Shown: piece after piece, positions 24,492 to 37,738 of the stretch
How positions within the stretch are numbered: the first letter of the stretch is position 1
How the letters are laid out: every line of letters begins with the position of its first letter
Assembly (NCBI GenBank): GCA_004764695.1
Contig: SMSO01000025.1
Location: forward strand, 3,100,001 to 3,164,000
Direction: 5' to 3'
DNA from: Schizochytrium sp. TIO01
Taxonomy: Eukaryota > Protista > Bigyra: Labyrinthulomycetes
DNA length: 64,000 bases
The notes under the pieces: generated by a model
The model's input: only the letters and a program-made list of their open reading frames with translations
The model's database searches: none
What the model was told of the DNA's origin: nothing
Translations under genes and position numbers: made by a program

Positions 24492-27475
24492 CGCGATGAT
24501 GAAGACTGGTCGATGCCTGAGGTTGCTTCTCAAACTACGATACCTCCACCTATCTATCTACCTATCTATCTATCTATTGTTTGTTTGTTTGTTTGTTTGT
24601 TTGTGTACCTCCCAAACATTACAAAACTGACTCGAAGCGGAGAGAGTACACTAGGGCTAGTTTCCTGAGGGCAATGCCAAGTGCCGATGACACTTTTTAC
24701 TTTATCCATATGTTTGGGTTTCTCTCTGTTTGTTTCCTGTATCTAGCTCGCTATCCACTCATATATGATAGACGCGCGAATTGTTGGAATGTTTTTGTTT
24801 TTTTGCCTTTAAAACATTTTTATTTTTTTAAAAGAGGAATCACTCAGCTCCCTTGACAGGGATTGCAATATGTCATCTATAGCAGCTCAACGAAGACGCA
24901 CACGCATGCACTTAAAAATACATACATATGTAACATACGTAGCTAGCTAGCTAGCTGCAGCTCTAGCCAGATAGCTGCTAGCCAGATAGCTTGCTGGGGC
25001 CAACAACGCCTTGTGCTTCCTTATTTGCAGACAATATGCTATTTGGAATCCAAGTCTCTAAATTTCTGCTAGTCACATGCATGAAATTGATGACATGGAT
25101 GGTAGAGACTGTGCCTCTCTGTTCCATAAAATGGTAGACCTAGGCTTCCTCAATACAGTCTAATTCTGAGGCGATTTTGGCAAGAGACGAAACAAGGTAG
25201 ATTGAATCGCCAAGGGGTGCCCCAGAAGAACAAGAAGTAAATTCAAACTCACCCGTGTAAAGAATCTCACTTTACTCAATAGTCCGCGATGGTGCAAATG
25301 TTATAGCAATGCGAGTGCTGTGCTTTTCTCCCTAAATTATCAAGAGAGCATGGCAAAAGAGACAGCTTTCTTAAAACGAGATGCTGTCTTTTCTCATCTC
25401 GGCAGTAGAAACTTGTTTATTTTTTTATTATTTTCATTTTCATTTTCATTTTCATTCATTCTGGCCAATTGTGGCTATTCAGGTTCGCACTGAGGAAGTC
25501 TCATGAAATGTTTTCGATAATCTCACTCGACAGCTAAATCAACAGACGCTCGAAGCAAGCAACTCCTATTGTAGTAGAAACCACAACAAACGCTGGTACA
25601 TTCAAGCCCTAAGACCAAATCTACTCTGGCTGTATCTTTCATAGGGTTTGTAGCCTGTACGTATGTCCTGGGTTTGCCGAGAATAGCCTGTTCTCTAGCT
25701 AGAGAACAGATCTGCGACTTTCGCAATCGATCACTGCAAACGTCAGCAGCAAAATGAAATGAAACAGACGGACATCTTAAAAGGAGGGCTGTCGCACCTA
25801 TGTCTTAATCAACACCTTTCCCTTTGAGGTCTCCTTATTCACCGAAAAGATGTTGAACAAGAGAGATCGAATTGCATCGTTTCGTGTGCTGGCCTGTACT
25901 GTCTTTTTGAGACCGCCTGTGCTTTCAGCGAAGAGAAGGGAACGCTCGCACGACTTAGCTACGGATACTATCTAGACCAATCTCTTCATTCAAACTTTGC
26001 AGACTTGGTGAAATGCACGCACGATTTATTAATAGGTCTAGTGTTGTTTAATATTTTTTTTTTAGGATTGATCACTCGTCCGTCCATCTGCTGCTGCACA
26101 TGGTCTTGGACGATGCTGCTCCAATTTGTTTTTCATTGTTTTGCGTTTTGAACAGCCAGCAAGCAAGCAAGCAAACAAAAAAGAAAAAAACACTACGGGC
26201 GTTCTCTCAAAGGACATGATCAATAAATCGTTCTTGTCTTCTTCTTCTTCTACTTGTTCGAGTTCTCTCGCGCCATCTCTGTGGAACTCGCTCAGACTCT
26301 CAGACTCAGTTTTTGTTTTTTACCTGCACACTCACTTCCCTGTCTCGAGTCAGCAGCGTCGATGTTGGTCACGACAATCGAGTGCCGGTTCGCTTTGCGC
26401 TCGCCCATATACGCCAACTTGAAGCACGAAAGCGAAATGGGCCACGATTGAAGTTGCAGCTCAGCAAGAAGACGTAGCACAAGCCCAAAAAAGAAAACAA
26501 GCCGCGAGGAAACATGCAGGACCAATATGCACAGAATGGTGGAACTATTCTGCTGCTAGGCTGTGTCTCCATTTTCCCCATTTCCTCATTACTAGTTCTT
26601 GTTCTTTCCCTTTTTCTTTTTCTTTTTTCTTTCCTCGTTCACTTTCTCGTTGTTTTCGTTTTCGTTTCTTTCCGTTTCCGTTTCCGTTTTCTTTAATCCT
26701 CCAGAGATCTATATTTTATTTTGCAGCCCACGACTGATTGGTCCTTTGAGAGATCAACACACGTTCTCCGCAAACTAGTATCGGTGCAGCAAAGCGTGAA
26801 AACAGAGGATGTGCAAGCGGCCAACTTTTATTATGAGACAGGAGCCAACAAAGCGTTCGAGCTCATTGTTTACTCTCATGAGTCAATCTATTGTAGGAGA
26901 TTTTTTGTTGTCCTGCGACCCAGCTTTTTAAATGCATCCCATTTCCTCCAGGGCGTTAGGGGACCCTAGAGACCAGATAGGAGCTCTATCTACTGGGAGG
27001 AGGCAGCTTTTTGTTTTCTGTGTGAGAAGAAAGAAACGAGGCATCGATCGTAGCACTTCCATTCTGCTGAGAAATCGCGAAGTCTTTTGGGGCGCACGCA
27101 TACTTATCAAATGGCCACCGATGAGGACGTGGTATACATGGGTACGTTTATTTTGATGTGGACGTTTCCCTGGTGGTAGAGAGTTTGTCTCCCGCTAGAA
27201 CCAAACAAACAACGACTATGAATAGAAGAGCAGTTCTTTCCATTTTCAAAATGACTTAGCGCTACCAAGTAGTAGATAGTATTAGCAATAGGGAGTTAGT
27301 AATTCTAACTCGTGTTTTGGTTTTGGCTTTCATTACCTTCCTGTCCCTGTGCTCAATTTCCACGTCGCCGACGCATTAATTCCATATCGATGCCTCTTCT
27401 TTCTTCCCCAAGCCACCACTCCTTCCAACGTCGCCGCCTCTTTCAAGTTTGGGTTGTCTGCCTGCCAGACGAATG

Positions 27476-27479
<4 letters not shown>

Positions 27480-27515
<36 letters not shown>

Positions 27516-27546
27516 TTCGTAGTAGTAGTAGTAGTAGTAGTAGTAG
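27480..27546. repeat. Adjacent (AATC)9 and (TAG)9 microsatellites
   Basis: AATC at 27480-27515 and TAG at 27520-27546. Confidence 0.95.
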
Positions 27547-28923
27547 GTACTAGCTACAGGTTTTGGTTAATTTTGTTTTTCAGACTTTATTTTAATTATT
27601 TAGAAGAACAATGATTGAACTACTCTTTCTTTTTTCTTCTTTTTGATTGATTTTAATTTCTTCATTGTTCTACTTTATTCTGTTTATCTATTTATTCAAA
27701 TTACTTTGATTTTTATTTATTTTGTTTTGCTTAATCATTCTTAAACATTGAAAGACTAATCGCATGTATGGTATATACATGGAGCCTGAGAAAACGATAG
27801 TTCTTAATTAACTAGTGCCTTCTCTGTTAAGACAGCACGATCATTCAGTCTGACCTTGGCCTTTTGCAATGCATCCGATAGGGCTTCTTCGATATTGGAC
27901 CTCTAGCTAGAGATAGTTTAGGAAAGTAGAGAATTCATCCAAAGATTCGCAGGGGACGTTTGCTGAAAAGACTAAATCTGTGGTTGGATCGATTCGGACG
28001 CCAGCTCGTTCGGAGTTCGAAATTCGGGAGCCGGGCGGAGCAACAATCGATCCGGGGTCGGGAACGCGGCAGCCCACGCTGACAGCAGGCTTCAGCGACC
28101 AGACCATTGAAGCCCTGCATCACCATCTTCAAGTCGAGCCATTTCGTTCGTCCAACCAGTACCTTCGTCAGTCTCTTTCTTAGCTCTGCCCAATCTAACC
28201 CAGTCTCGCCCAATTGAGTCCATCTCAAATTCAATTCGTCTTAAATTCGACTCAATTAATTTCAATTCATCTCAAATTCGTCTCAGCGTATCATAAATCA
28301 TAAGTTCTGTGGGCTTGAGAAAATCGACTATTAAGACGCCTCCTCAAATGGGAGATATGAACTCTCTGCAGAGAAACAGGTGAGCGATCGATTGATCGAT
28401 TGATCGATCGATTGGAGGCTCAAAGCATCTCAACATGCTACGATAAGAGTACCGCTTGAGCATGCAGGCTGGGGAAGGAGTCACGGGAGATGGCAAAGCA
28501 AACGCAGTAACTAAGCGAGCGTCCCGTCCCGTGCTCCTCCTTCCCGGTCCTGGCTGCATGTAACTTGGACGCAGGATATAACGGGAGTGAGTGAATTAGT
28601 GAGTGAGTGAGTGAGTGAGTGAGTGGACACGACCAGAGCTCCTTCCTGTCGTCCCATCCCAGCCAGCTGCGCCAAAGCCAAGCGACGGGCCGATGGATAG
28701 GTAGATGGATATGTGGAGTCGGATCCTCTGATGAAGGATACAACAGCAGCGAGGAAGGCCAAGGCGTTCTCAAAGCTGAAGCCTTCTTTTTTAAAATTAT
28801 ATCTTCTATCTTCGAGAACGATGCTTCTTTCAAAGGAAAAAAGAATTTATTTGAAATAAGCAGAATGAACGCATCATGTCCAGAGCCAAATCCATGAAAC
28901 CTCCGGTCGCAGTCTCGGCCGAT

Positions 28924-28970
28924 GCTTGCGTACTTGCGTGCTTGCGTGCTTGCGTGCTTGCGTGCTTGCT
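28924..28970. repeat. 8-bp tandem repeat (GCTTGCGT)~5
   Basis: Read directly, with one variant unit. Confidence 0.88.
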
Positions 28971-31900
28971 TGGCGGTTGAAGTGATGGACTAGCTGCCTG
29001 GCCAGGGCAGAGAAGTCGTTGTCTGCCTGCCTGTTGACAATAATTCCAGGAAGCAGCCGGTTCATCGTTAGCAAAGGAAGAGCGAGCTGCGCCATCGATA
29101 CCGCCAGATTGTCCCGTGTACTCGGAGCTCCGCAATAACTCACAGCAATATAACTCATTCACTTGGACCAGCTGCGTGGACCGGCCAGCCGAGACGGGAG
29201 GATGCGAGGGCACAACTTGAAGGCTTTCACATTTGAACACGGTGGAGTGATCAATTTTGAAATCCTTCGTCTCGATTCACTCTTCGTTAGTTTACCCTTT
29301 CGCTGTCATTCATTCATTCATTCATTCATGTTCATTCATTCCTTCGTCATTCAAGTGCCCAGTGCCAACGAAACGTTCGTGTGATCGACAGATGACTGAC
29401 TCGTGTAGAAGCAGAGCAATTAGGTAGGCGGGCGGTATCATACGGCAGACAGAACCGCTCCTTTCTATGATCTGGCGTGAGAGGAATGGCCATCAATTTC
29501 TTCCTTCCTAACTCGTCGCACTTGGCGTCGAAGGTAGCTAGCTAGGTAGCTACAGAGGAACAAGCTTCGCCAACGACCATCTATCATAATGATCCTCAGG
29601 AGGAAGAAAGCCTCGAGGTCAGCGCAACTGAGGTCCATCCATCGAGATGGCTTTGGACACCTTGCCGGGAACGGCTCGACCCTAGCCAGCCAGCCAGCCA
29701 GCTTAAAGAAAGGTCAGTGGACAAACAATGAACTAGAAGCTAGCGAAGTCGAAAGCTAAGATGAAAATGAGAGCTTAGCCGTGCTGAGAGTTTGGCCATG
29801 GAAGTTTGTGGCCAAGCTCTTGATAGGAAGGCTTTTAGTTGGTTGGTGCTGAGATATTTAGAATGAATTGTAGCACGATAGCGGAGCTCGCAGTAGTTTG
29901 CTCAACAGCCTCATTTGCTGTGGCCTGAGATTTCATTTCAAGCGATGATTGGCACGCACCCTAGCTACCTCTAGAGCTAGGTACGTACAAATAGTGCGAG
30001 GGATTAGTTTTCGTGAAGTGAGAGCAACGGGGGTTCCTCCATTTTGGGGTTGCTACCGATGAATTCTAGTATTTAACAGACTAATCTCTGAGCCAGGCTG
30101 CTTCTGATCCTGGTTTGAAAAATAAGAGTAAGCCTGTAGTGTAGGATACAAGCGTGAGTGACCAGCTGTAGTCGTAATGGCCGATTATTTCAAGCAAGTA
30201 AAGATCTTAGTTGCAATCTTTTTTTTGTTTAGTCTCACTTTCTTTCTTCTTTTTCTTTTTCCCTTTTCTCTCCTTTTCCTTTTTAATTACTATGATAGAT
30301 AGACAACAACAACTACTACTACCATAGCAATAGACTATTACTTTTCTTTCTCTTCGGTTTTTTGAAGATTTGAAGAACAGACTTTCTGGTTGTTTAGGCT
30401 CACCTGCTATGTCACTCATCTTGTCTCTTTTTGCCAGACCAGACGCACATTCATAAATTGAATCGTTAAATTAGATTTAGTAAAATCGTCAAATGTTTGT
30501 GCAAGTGATATCATATAGTGATTCTACATGCAAGTGCTTTGAATTTTGATTGATGGTTAATTTGTCTCTACGAGCTTTCACAAACGATTACGCTTGATTC
30601 CCCAGGTCTTTTTAATCCAAGCGAAACTAGAACACTGATTGAGTCAAATAAAATCTGCAATAGTTTCAAGCATATGTTGTAACATTTGATGTATCAAATA
30701 TATCTCACTTTGGATTTTAAAAAGACTTAGGAAAAACTGCGCAGGGCATGTGTGATGGATCGTTAATTGCCTTCTTTTTAACATTATTCATACTTGCGAA
30801 ATAAATACTAAATGTTGAACATGTTGTGCAATTGGAGGGAATAACCTAAGGTTGCGTAAAAATATAAGAAACCCTACCATGAAAAGACTAGAACAACGAT
30901 TCATTTTAGCGATCCATTGTCTCTTCACACAGCCCATCTCGCTTGCACAGTCGCGAGCTTTTGTAATAATATCAGGCTGCATGGCTTCTAGCAGCACACC
31001 AATCATGACAGCACGTGAAGAGTTGCGCGTACTATTTATTGAAATAAATAGTGCTTGCTACTAAAAACAGTAGTAGTAGCGGGTTACCCAGCTCGAACTG
31101 AGCTAGCGCGTGCTCCCAGTGTGCACGAAAGCACCAATACCTCGAAAAGGGTCGTCTTCCTCAGAGAGTCGATCAAAGGTTTTTGCACGCGCGAAGTGCA
31201 GAAGATAACTCGAACCACTGAACTAGGCACGCCCCACCCCGTTGTGCTATCTCTTGGCTCCAGGCGGCATTGAAACATCAGGATACATATCTGCCAAGCA
31301 TTAGTGCTTCTTCTCAGCTCTTTCAAAGATGGCAGAAAAAAGTACCTGCCTACCTGCACTGCCTATGCAGGCTTAGGAGTGCAAGTGCCAACACACACTG
31401 TATGGTCTTTGTTTTCTTTTCTGCCTACAGCTTTCATCTAGGGGTACTAGTGTATTGCGTATTTACAATCAGAATAAAAGAGGCATGAAATCACAAAAAC
31501 CGAAAACAACTAGCAACAAAACAGTCCTGAAGCCACACCCGGGATTGCACAAGCATCGGTGTTTCTTTTGGGAGCACGCGCGCTCTAAGAGGTTTGGTGT
31601 GCATGTGCAAGTCCCGCCGAGCCTTGCGATAAGACAGATGGTTGACAGCGACAAGCATAGAATAGTCGCAGCTACGGATCAACCATGAATGAATCAATGA
31701 ATCAATGAGTCAATCAATCAATCAATGCCGCAACAAACAAACAAAAGGCCAAATTTAGTGCCAAAGCAAATATCTGCGCGAGGACCTAGACACTTGCAAT
31801 GTAGTGAGACAACTTCATGGTTGATTTGATTGAGAATCGAAATGTAAGTCATATAGCATTCGAGGCGCGAGTGGACACCCGAAGAAGGACAGATCTGGCC

Positions 31901-34900
31901 TCCTCCTCGGCGTCTTCCTCTTCCCTTGTCCTAGTCCATTCGTTTATCCCGAAAACATCGCATGGTTTCTGACGAAGTAGTTCCTGGTACACAAACAGGC
32001 TTATGAATTGTATAAAATTGAAACACATCAACAAGCAGAAAGAAAGCAAGAAATCAAGCAGGAAGGAGGACTCTGTAAAGAACAAGCAGCACCGCGCAGG
32101 AACCACCGCGTTGTCGAAGATCACTTCCCTCACCTCGGTGGAAGTCGAGAAGGGACTCCGAGTCCAACTTTCGGCTTTGGAACGAATGAATTACAATCGT
32201 CATGGCCATCACAACCATGACGAGCATAATGCATCGGGCATATCCTCCGCTCCCTCTGCTCACTAGCACCCTCTGTTATTCAGGCATAGCGGCTTCGATG
32301 ATGTACACTTAGTATATGATGCTTTCTTTTCCTACGTAGGTACGCAGGCACAGAAAAGAACGAAAGAGAAAGAACGGAGCAGGCAACCAACTTAGTTTCG
32401 AACTAACTAACAGTATAGCTAGGCATCATGATATGCAAAGAACGCATCGTATTAAACATTGAAGTTGAGGCGAAAGGGCCCAGAACAGGAACAAAGTCGC
32501 AAAAGAGAGACGTTCCTGAGCCTAGGTAGTCAGCTTATGCGCTTGTCTGCGTCTGATGCTTAGAGCAATCAACATTAGACAGATCTGCTGCATCCGTACA
32601 CAGATGCCTGCCTGCCTGCCTGAGAACAAACTCTTCGCTCAAGTGTTCCTTTTCCCAAGTGGAAGACAGTAAACTTCCTGGTCCGCTTGAACTCGCTATA
32701 TTTAGTGGTGGCTACTCGGACGAGCGAAACGAATCAAGGTGAACTTCCTGCCCACAAAAAAGGTAAGAAACTCATAAATTGCGTCGATTTAGTAATTTCG
32801 ACTTTTGGAGGTTATGGCCGCAAAAAGGTGCCTTTGTTCTGTTCTCTTTTTAATTTGAGAGAAGAGAGACAAACTAACAGTAAGGAATTTATTAAACAAA
32901 CTAACTAAATAAATAAAAAACATTTTTATAAAATAAAAAGTTTATTTGATTTATTATTTTCTAGTTTGGAACACCAGAGACATTAAACTGTTCTTTTCTG
33001 CTCTATTTTTCATGATCAACATTTTTAATTTTTAAAAGAACTCTTAATTGATCGGACAAAATTTAAATTACAGTTGAAAAAAATTATGTGTTAAAAACAA
33101 ATAATAATAATAAACTGTTCTCTATTTACTTTAAATTTTTACTTTGAACCCTTTAATTTTTTGTTCATTTCTATTTTTAATTGTTTTCATTAACTTAAAA
33201 AAAAAAAAAAGAACTTTTAAAAGACGCAGTTCACACCACACCTACACCCCTTCTTTCGCTTCAAAAAAAAATGATGTTCCTTATTTTAAAATTAAAATGA
33301 AGGACCATGATATTTTAAAGTTGAAAACATTTTGTCGGACCTCCTCAAATGTGAAACACATTTCCCGATTGAAAGTATATTAGCTGTGTTGAAACTTGCA
33401 TAGTGCCCCTTGAGGTCGGAAAACTTGAAAATCACCTGCTAAGACACACTTGTGGCGGTAAGGACTGTATTAATAGTATTCACTATCTGTTGCAATTTGG
33501 AGGTACTATGCTGGAACGACTGAATTGAGTAATTGGATTGTAAAAGATCACTCCTGTTAACGATGTAGCGTGGAGGCGACGAAAACCTACCTTTTTCGTG
33601 CCTATCACTGCAAATGGAACCTACCCGCTCTACCGTTTAGTAGAAGCATTCATCACCTTGAAGAAAAGGAAACAACCCCTAGTCATTTCATTCATTTCTA
33701 CGCTGATGGCTTGATTTCGTGATCCTTTAAAAAAACAGATATTTTACTTTTCGACACAAATGAATATCAACAAAAACACCACAAAGGCCTTCGAAGATCA
33801 TCGATCAGACAGATCGCTTCGTAGGAAGTAGGTGAGAAAGTAGGCAGAAGCAGCGCTTTTGGCAGGAACCGAAAGCACGAGGATGATCTCAGTCAACTTT
33901 CTTTTTTCAATTACTCTCTCTCTCAGGCAGGCAGGCAGGAGCGAGCAAGCGAACAGAAAAGCAAACCAGAGCGGCAAAAGCTGGCCGTCCCGCTGAGCAT
34001 AGGCGAGGATTTTCGGGGGCACTGTCGTGTTCCCTCCCTCCAAGCGAGGTTTGCAGCGCCTGTCTGTGTACCTAGCTAGAGATGCAGGTGGAAGAGCGAG
34101 CAGGCAGCGGATCTTGTTCTCCAACCGGCTTGATTGAAGATGAACTTGAAGGGCACACCAGGCAGGAACAGTATATCTGGTCCAGCGCCGCGTGAACTTT
34201 GTGAGCTCTGCTTTGGCTAGAATAGAACGAGATCTTGGCTGGGGTTCCGCCGGGTTGTGCAGAGCGAGGGCAGAGGAAGAAGAAGAATGCGCTCGAGAGT
34301 TTTATGCGTCGAGAGCGAGCGAAGGCGCTATCTATCCATCTACCTATCTATCTATCTATTGCCCGCCCGGTCGCGTTGCTTGCGGGATATCTCGCAAACA
34401 TGCACCCTTCCCTCCATCCACCCGAAAGATAGCGGAAGCCTGAGATGGCAGCAGATAAATGTTTGTGGACACTCACTTCGCACCCATCGGCTGAGACCCT
34501 CCCTCTCTCTCTTTGGAGCTACGCAGCTCGTGGGATGGATCCTCGACCATGAATGAATGCTATGGTGGTCATTTCGTCGATCGGCCCTTATCAATAAGCA
34601 GGGATCTCCGGTTCTCGAGTTCTCAGCTGCGAATAAGATACAGAGGCGGTAAGAGGTCCTAGACGCCTCACTCTCTTTCCTGGCACTAGCTGGGCACCTA
34701 AGCTGCCTAGTGCTTTCTGGTTTAGAAAACAAAAGCAAATGATCAGAGTACTTGGGATTATGTTATTTATTTCTATATCATCTTTATTGTTTACGAAAAG
34801 CCTTTTCACTTCTTTTTTTTAGTTTGGATGATAGAAGAGAGTAGCACTAAGAAGAGTGCGCACTGTGTCACATCGCAACCTTGGTGGAAAAGAGTGAGGC

Positions 34901-35973
34901 CTGAGGGAAGGAAGAAAGTCTCGCTCCCTCCAGGCTGCCCGGAGCGGAAGACAGATAGACAGACAGACAGTCAGAAGGGCAGACAGATAGACCACCCAGC
35001 ATTGCACCAAAGCACAGCCCTCCAAAGGAAACCTGAGCAGCTGTGCAATCAAGCAAATTATGCAAATTAAGCAAAGCAAGCAAAGCAAGCAAGAACGCGC
35101 CGGCCGCAAGATTTTCTGATTCGTTGAGTGATCATTGCGGTACGTACGTAGTAGCATAGTAGTACTATCTGTAGTGCTAGTTGTAGCTTTCTCTCTACTA
35201 GCTAGCTAGCTACGAGGAAGCTGCAAGTCACACAAGGGTGTGCTTTGTGAAGTGGCAGGAATGCAACACTGTGGTGTCGAAACTGTGGGAACCAGAGGGA
35301 AAAAAGAACCCCGGCTTAGCGTGCCCTACTAGACAGCTAGCTGCCTGCCTGCTCGAGGCAGAAGAGGTCTTCGCGAGGCCGAGCCGCAAGAGCCAAACAA
35401 AGCACAGAGTAGAAGACAGGAATGCGTGCGTTGATGCTTGGACGCCGCCTATCATTTGCTCGCTCCTGCGTCGGAGGGCAGACAAAGATGCGAAGGTGCT
35501 GTGAAAGCGACGAAGTTGAAGATTGCTCTTAGTTAGGTAGTAGGTAGGAAGGAAGTCTAGCCTGAGCGAGCGACTGGCTAACTGAGTAAGTAAGGCGTAC
35601 CTATGGAAATCTCCTCCGGTTCAAGTGGAACTTTTTCATCTATCAAATCAACCCTCAAGTTGTCATCAACTCTTTTTTGTTGTTTCTGAAAATGCGCGAG
35701 GGCGACTGAGCATCTCCCTTGGTCTGATGGTGAAAGGGCAGCGGCAATGGCAATTGGCAGCAGGAGATACAAGCCTGGAGGAACAAGCCTCCCAAGCTTC
35801 CCTTGGTTTTCTACGAAAGATCGTGGGTTCCTTATCCAGCTCACCACAAACAGGACATAGTCATGATAGCCTGAGGTCTGTTGGACGCAGCCCTAAACTA
35901 TGGTTCATTAGTAGAAAGGATAATGATTTCTCGGTTCTAAGGCAGATAGGACAGCTGTTTCTAATTTTAAAAT

Positions 35974-36052
35974 TTTTATTTTATTTTATTTTATTTTATT
36001 TTATTTTATTTTATTTTATTTCATCTCTATAATATATATATATATATATATA
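35974..36052. repeat. (TTTTA)n followed by (TA)n
   Basis: Read directly. Confidence 0.92.
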
Positions 36053-37696
36053 TTACTTTTTCAGCCTGGTGTTTTTTATAGTAAGAACTCCTTCCTAGTG
36101 AGAGTGGTGAGCAGGCAGAGATTCCCGAAAGCTAAGGTGAGGCTCCGTTGTAGCGAACTAGTACAGAAGGCAACAAAGACTGAGATCTGAATGCTCAGCA
36201 AGACTGAAAGAGTGGGGTGTGGCACGGATAAGGAGCAGCAGGAAACCCGGAAATTTATCTCATGTCGAATTTCTTGACTACGAATTTCTGTCTGAAGCCT
36301 TCAATTTCGTTTTCTTTCCTTTGGTTGAATTTCTTTGTTTTCAGCTTTTCAAAGAAAACAATTAACAAAATATAGACTGTTTTCTTTTTCTTCTTTCTTC
36401 TCTCTAAACTTTTTTAATAGCTAATCCTTTTGCCTCTACTAAAAGTTCAAGTTGCTGCATAACAGAGTAGTAGTATCCTGGTATGTCATAGATTCCTTAA
36501 TTGTTGAAAACTTGGGAGGACAAGCAATTCTTCGAACGTATACTAGCTAGCTAGTACTTACTACCTAGGTGCTGCTCGTGAGGAGACTCCCTCGTAGTGT
36601 ATCGGGAATTCTAATTAGCTGCTGTGAGCTTTTAGTTTGAGTCGGTAGGTGCCCAGGTAGTAAAGTAATACAGCTACCTAGCTACCTATTCAAATTGGCA
36701 ATGATGCTGCTGACTTTTGTCTGGCCCCCCACCGCGAACGGAGAACTTACTGCCACCATTTTGACTGTTATTTACGTTTTTATATACAGTGGGATTGAGC
36801 GATATTTGTTTTGAAGGGAGCACGAAGTCTTTGCCAAAAACTACAGCAGCAATCAGAAAGCCTGGTTTAAGTGATCTCCCGAAAATTATTGTTTACTTAC
36901 TCTGAGGATTTCTTCATTCATCGATTTCGTTTTTGTACAAGTTTTACAAAAGAAAACAGAACAAGAGAAATCAAGGGCGGCTCTTACAAGAGTCCTCTCT
37001 CCCTCTACATGGTAGCAGTAGTAGTACCCGGTATTTCTGAAATGATGATGATGGCTGCAATTTTTCTTTCTCCTTCAAGTCAGCAGCCCTTCGAAATTCA
37101 CGAGCAACCACCTATTTATCGTCTCCAACCTGGCTGGATGGATAGTCGACTGACTTGCTCCAGGCTAAAAGGTTAATTGGTGGCGTAGGTACCATGGAAA
37201 TTCTGCTCGGAGCTGACTCGAACATAATTAAGTACACGCAGATCTGACACTGACTACCTGGTCTGTCCTGCTCGAAGGCTTCCTGCCATTACGAGATCCC
37301 TACCTAAGAGATTCGCCTTAAAGCTCCCAGTGGTACTACAGGTGCTTGAAGCTTGCGAAACAAACTAATGGCTCTCATCGCTTGGACACCAAACGTAAAG
37401 ATTACAGGGTCGAGGTTCCTTTGATACCCGGGGCATGCGCGCTTCATGATACGAATCTGAACCTCCCCTTGCTTTCTTTTCTGGCGTGTGGGTATAATTA
37501 GCTCTAGCCGGGACCCGCGAACATCTTGTTGCAGCAGAAAGGACATTTCTTGGGGTTCACAGGAAACAGCCAACAACATCAATCACTTCGACATGGAATA
37601 ACACACGAACAATTGCAGATACTTACATACCTGCCGAGCCTTCCTGCACAGTCAGACAGCAGCCATCTAACTAACTGGCTTCTCTTACTCCGTCTG

Positions 37697-37738
37697 TGAA
37701 TGGCTTTGAATGGCTTTGAATGGCTTTGAATGGCTTTG
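37697..37738. repeat. 10-bp tandem repeat (TGAATGGCTT)4
   Basis: Four perfect copies. Confidence 0.96.

Noticed and set aside
29569-29690. 5S rRNA (starts GCCAACGACCAT)
   Set aside because: Only ~12 nt resemble a 5S 5' end; the internal box A/C sequences and the terminal helix are absent.
32085-32185. Acyl-CoA dehydrogenase-like peptide EVIFDNAVVPA on the minus strand
   Set aside because: About ten residues of resemblance only; the flanking translation has no further similarity.
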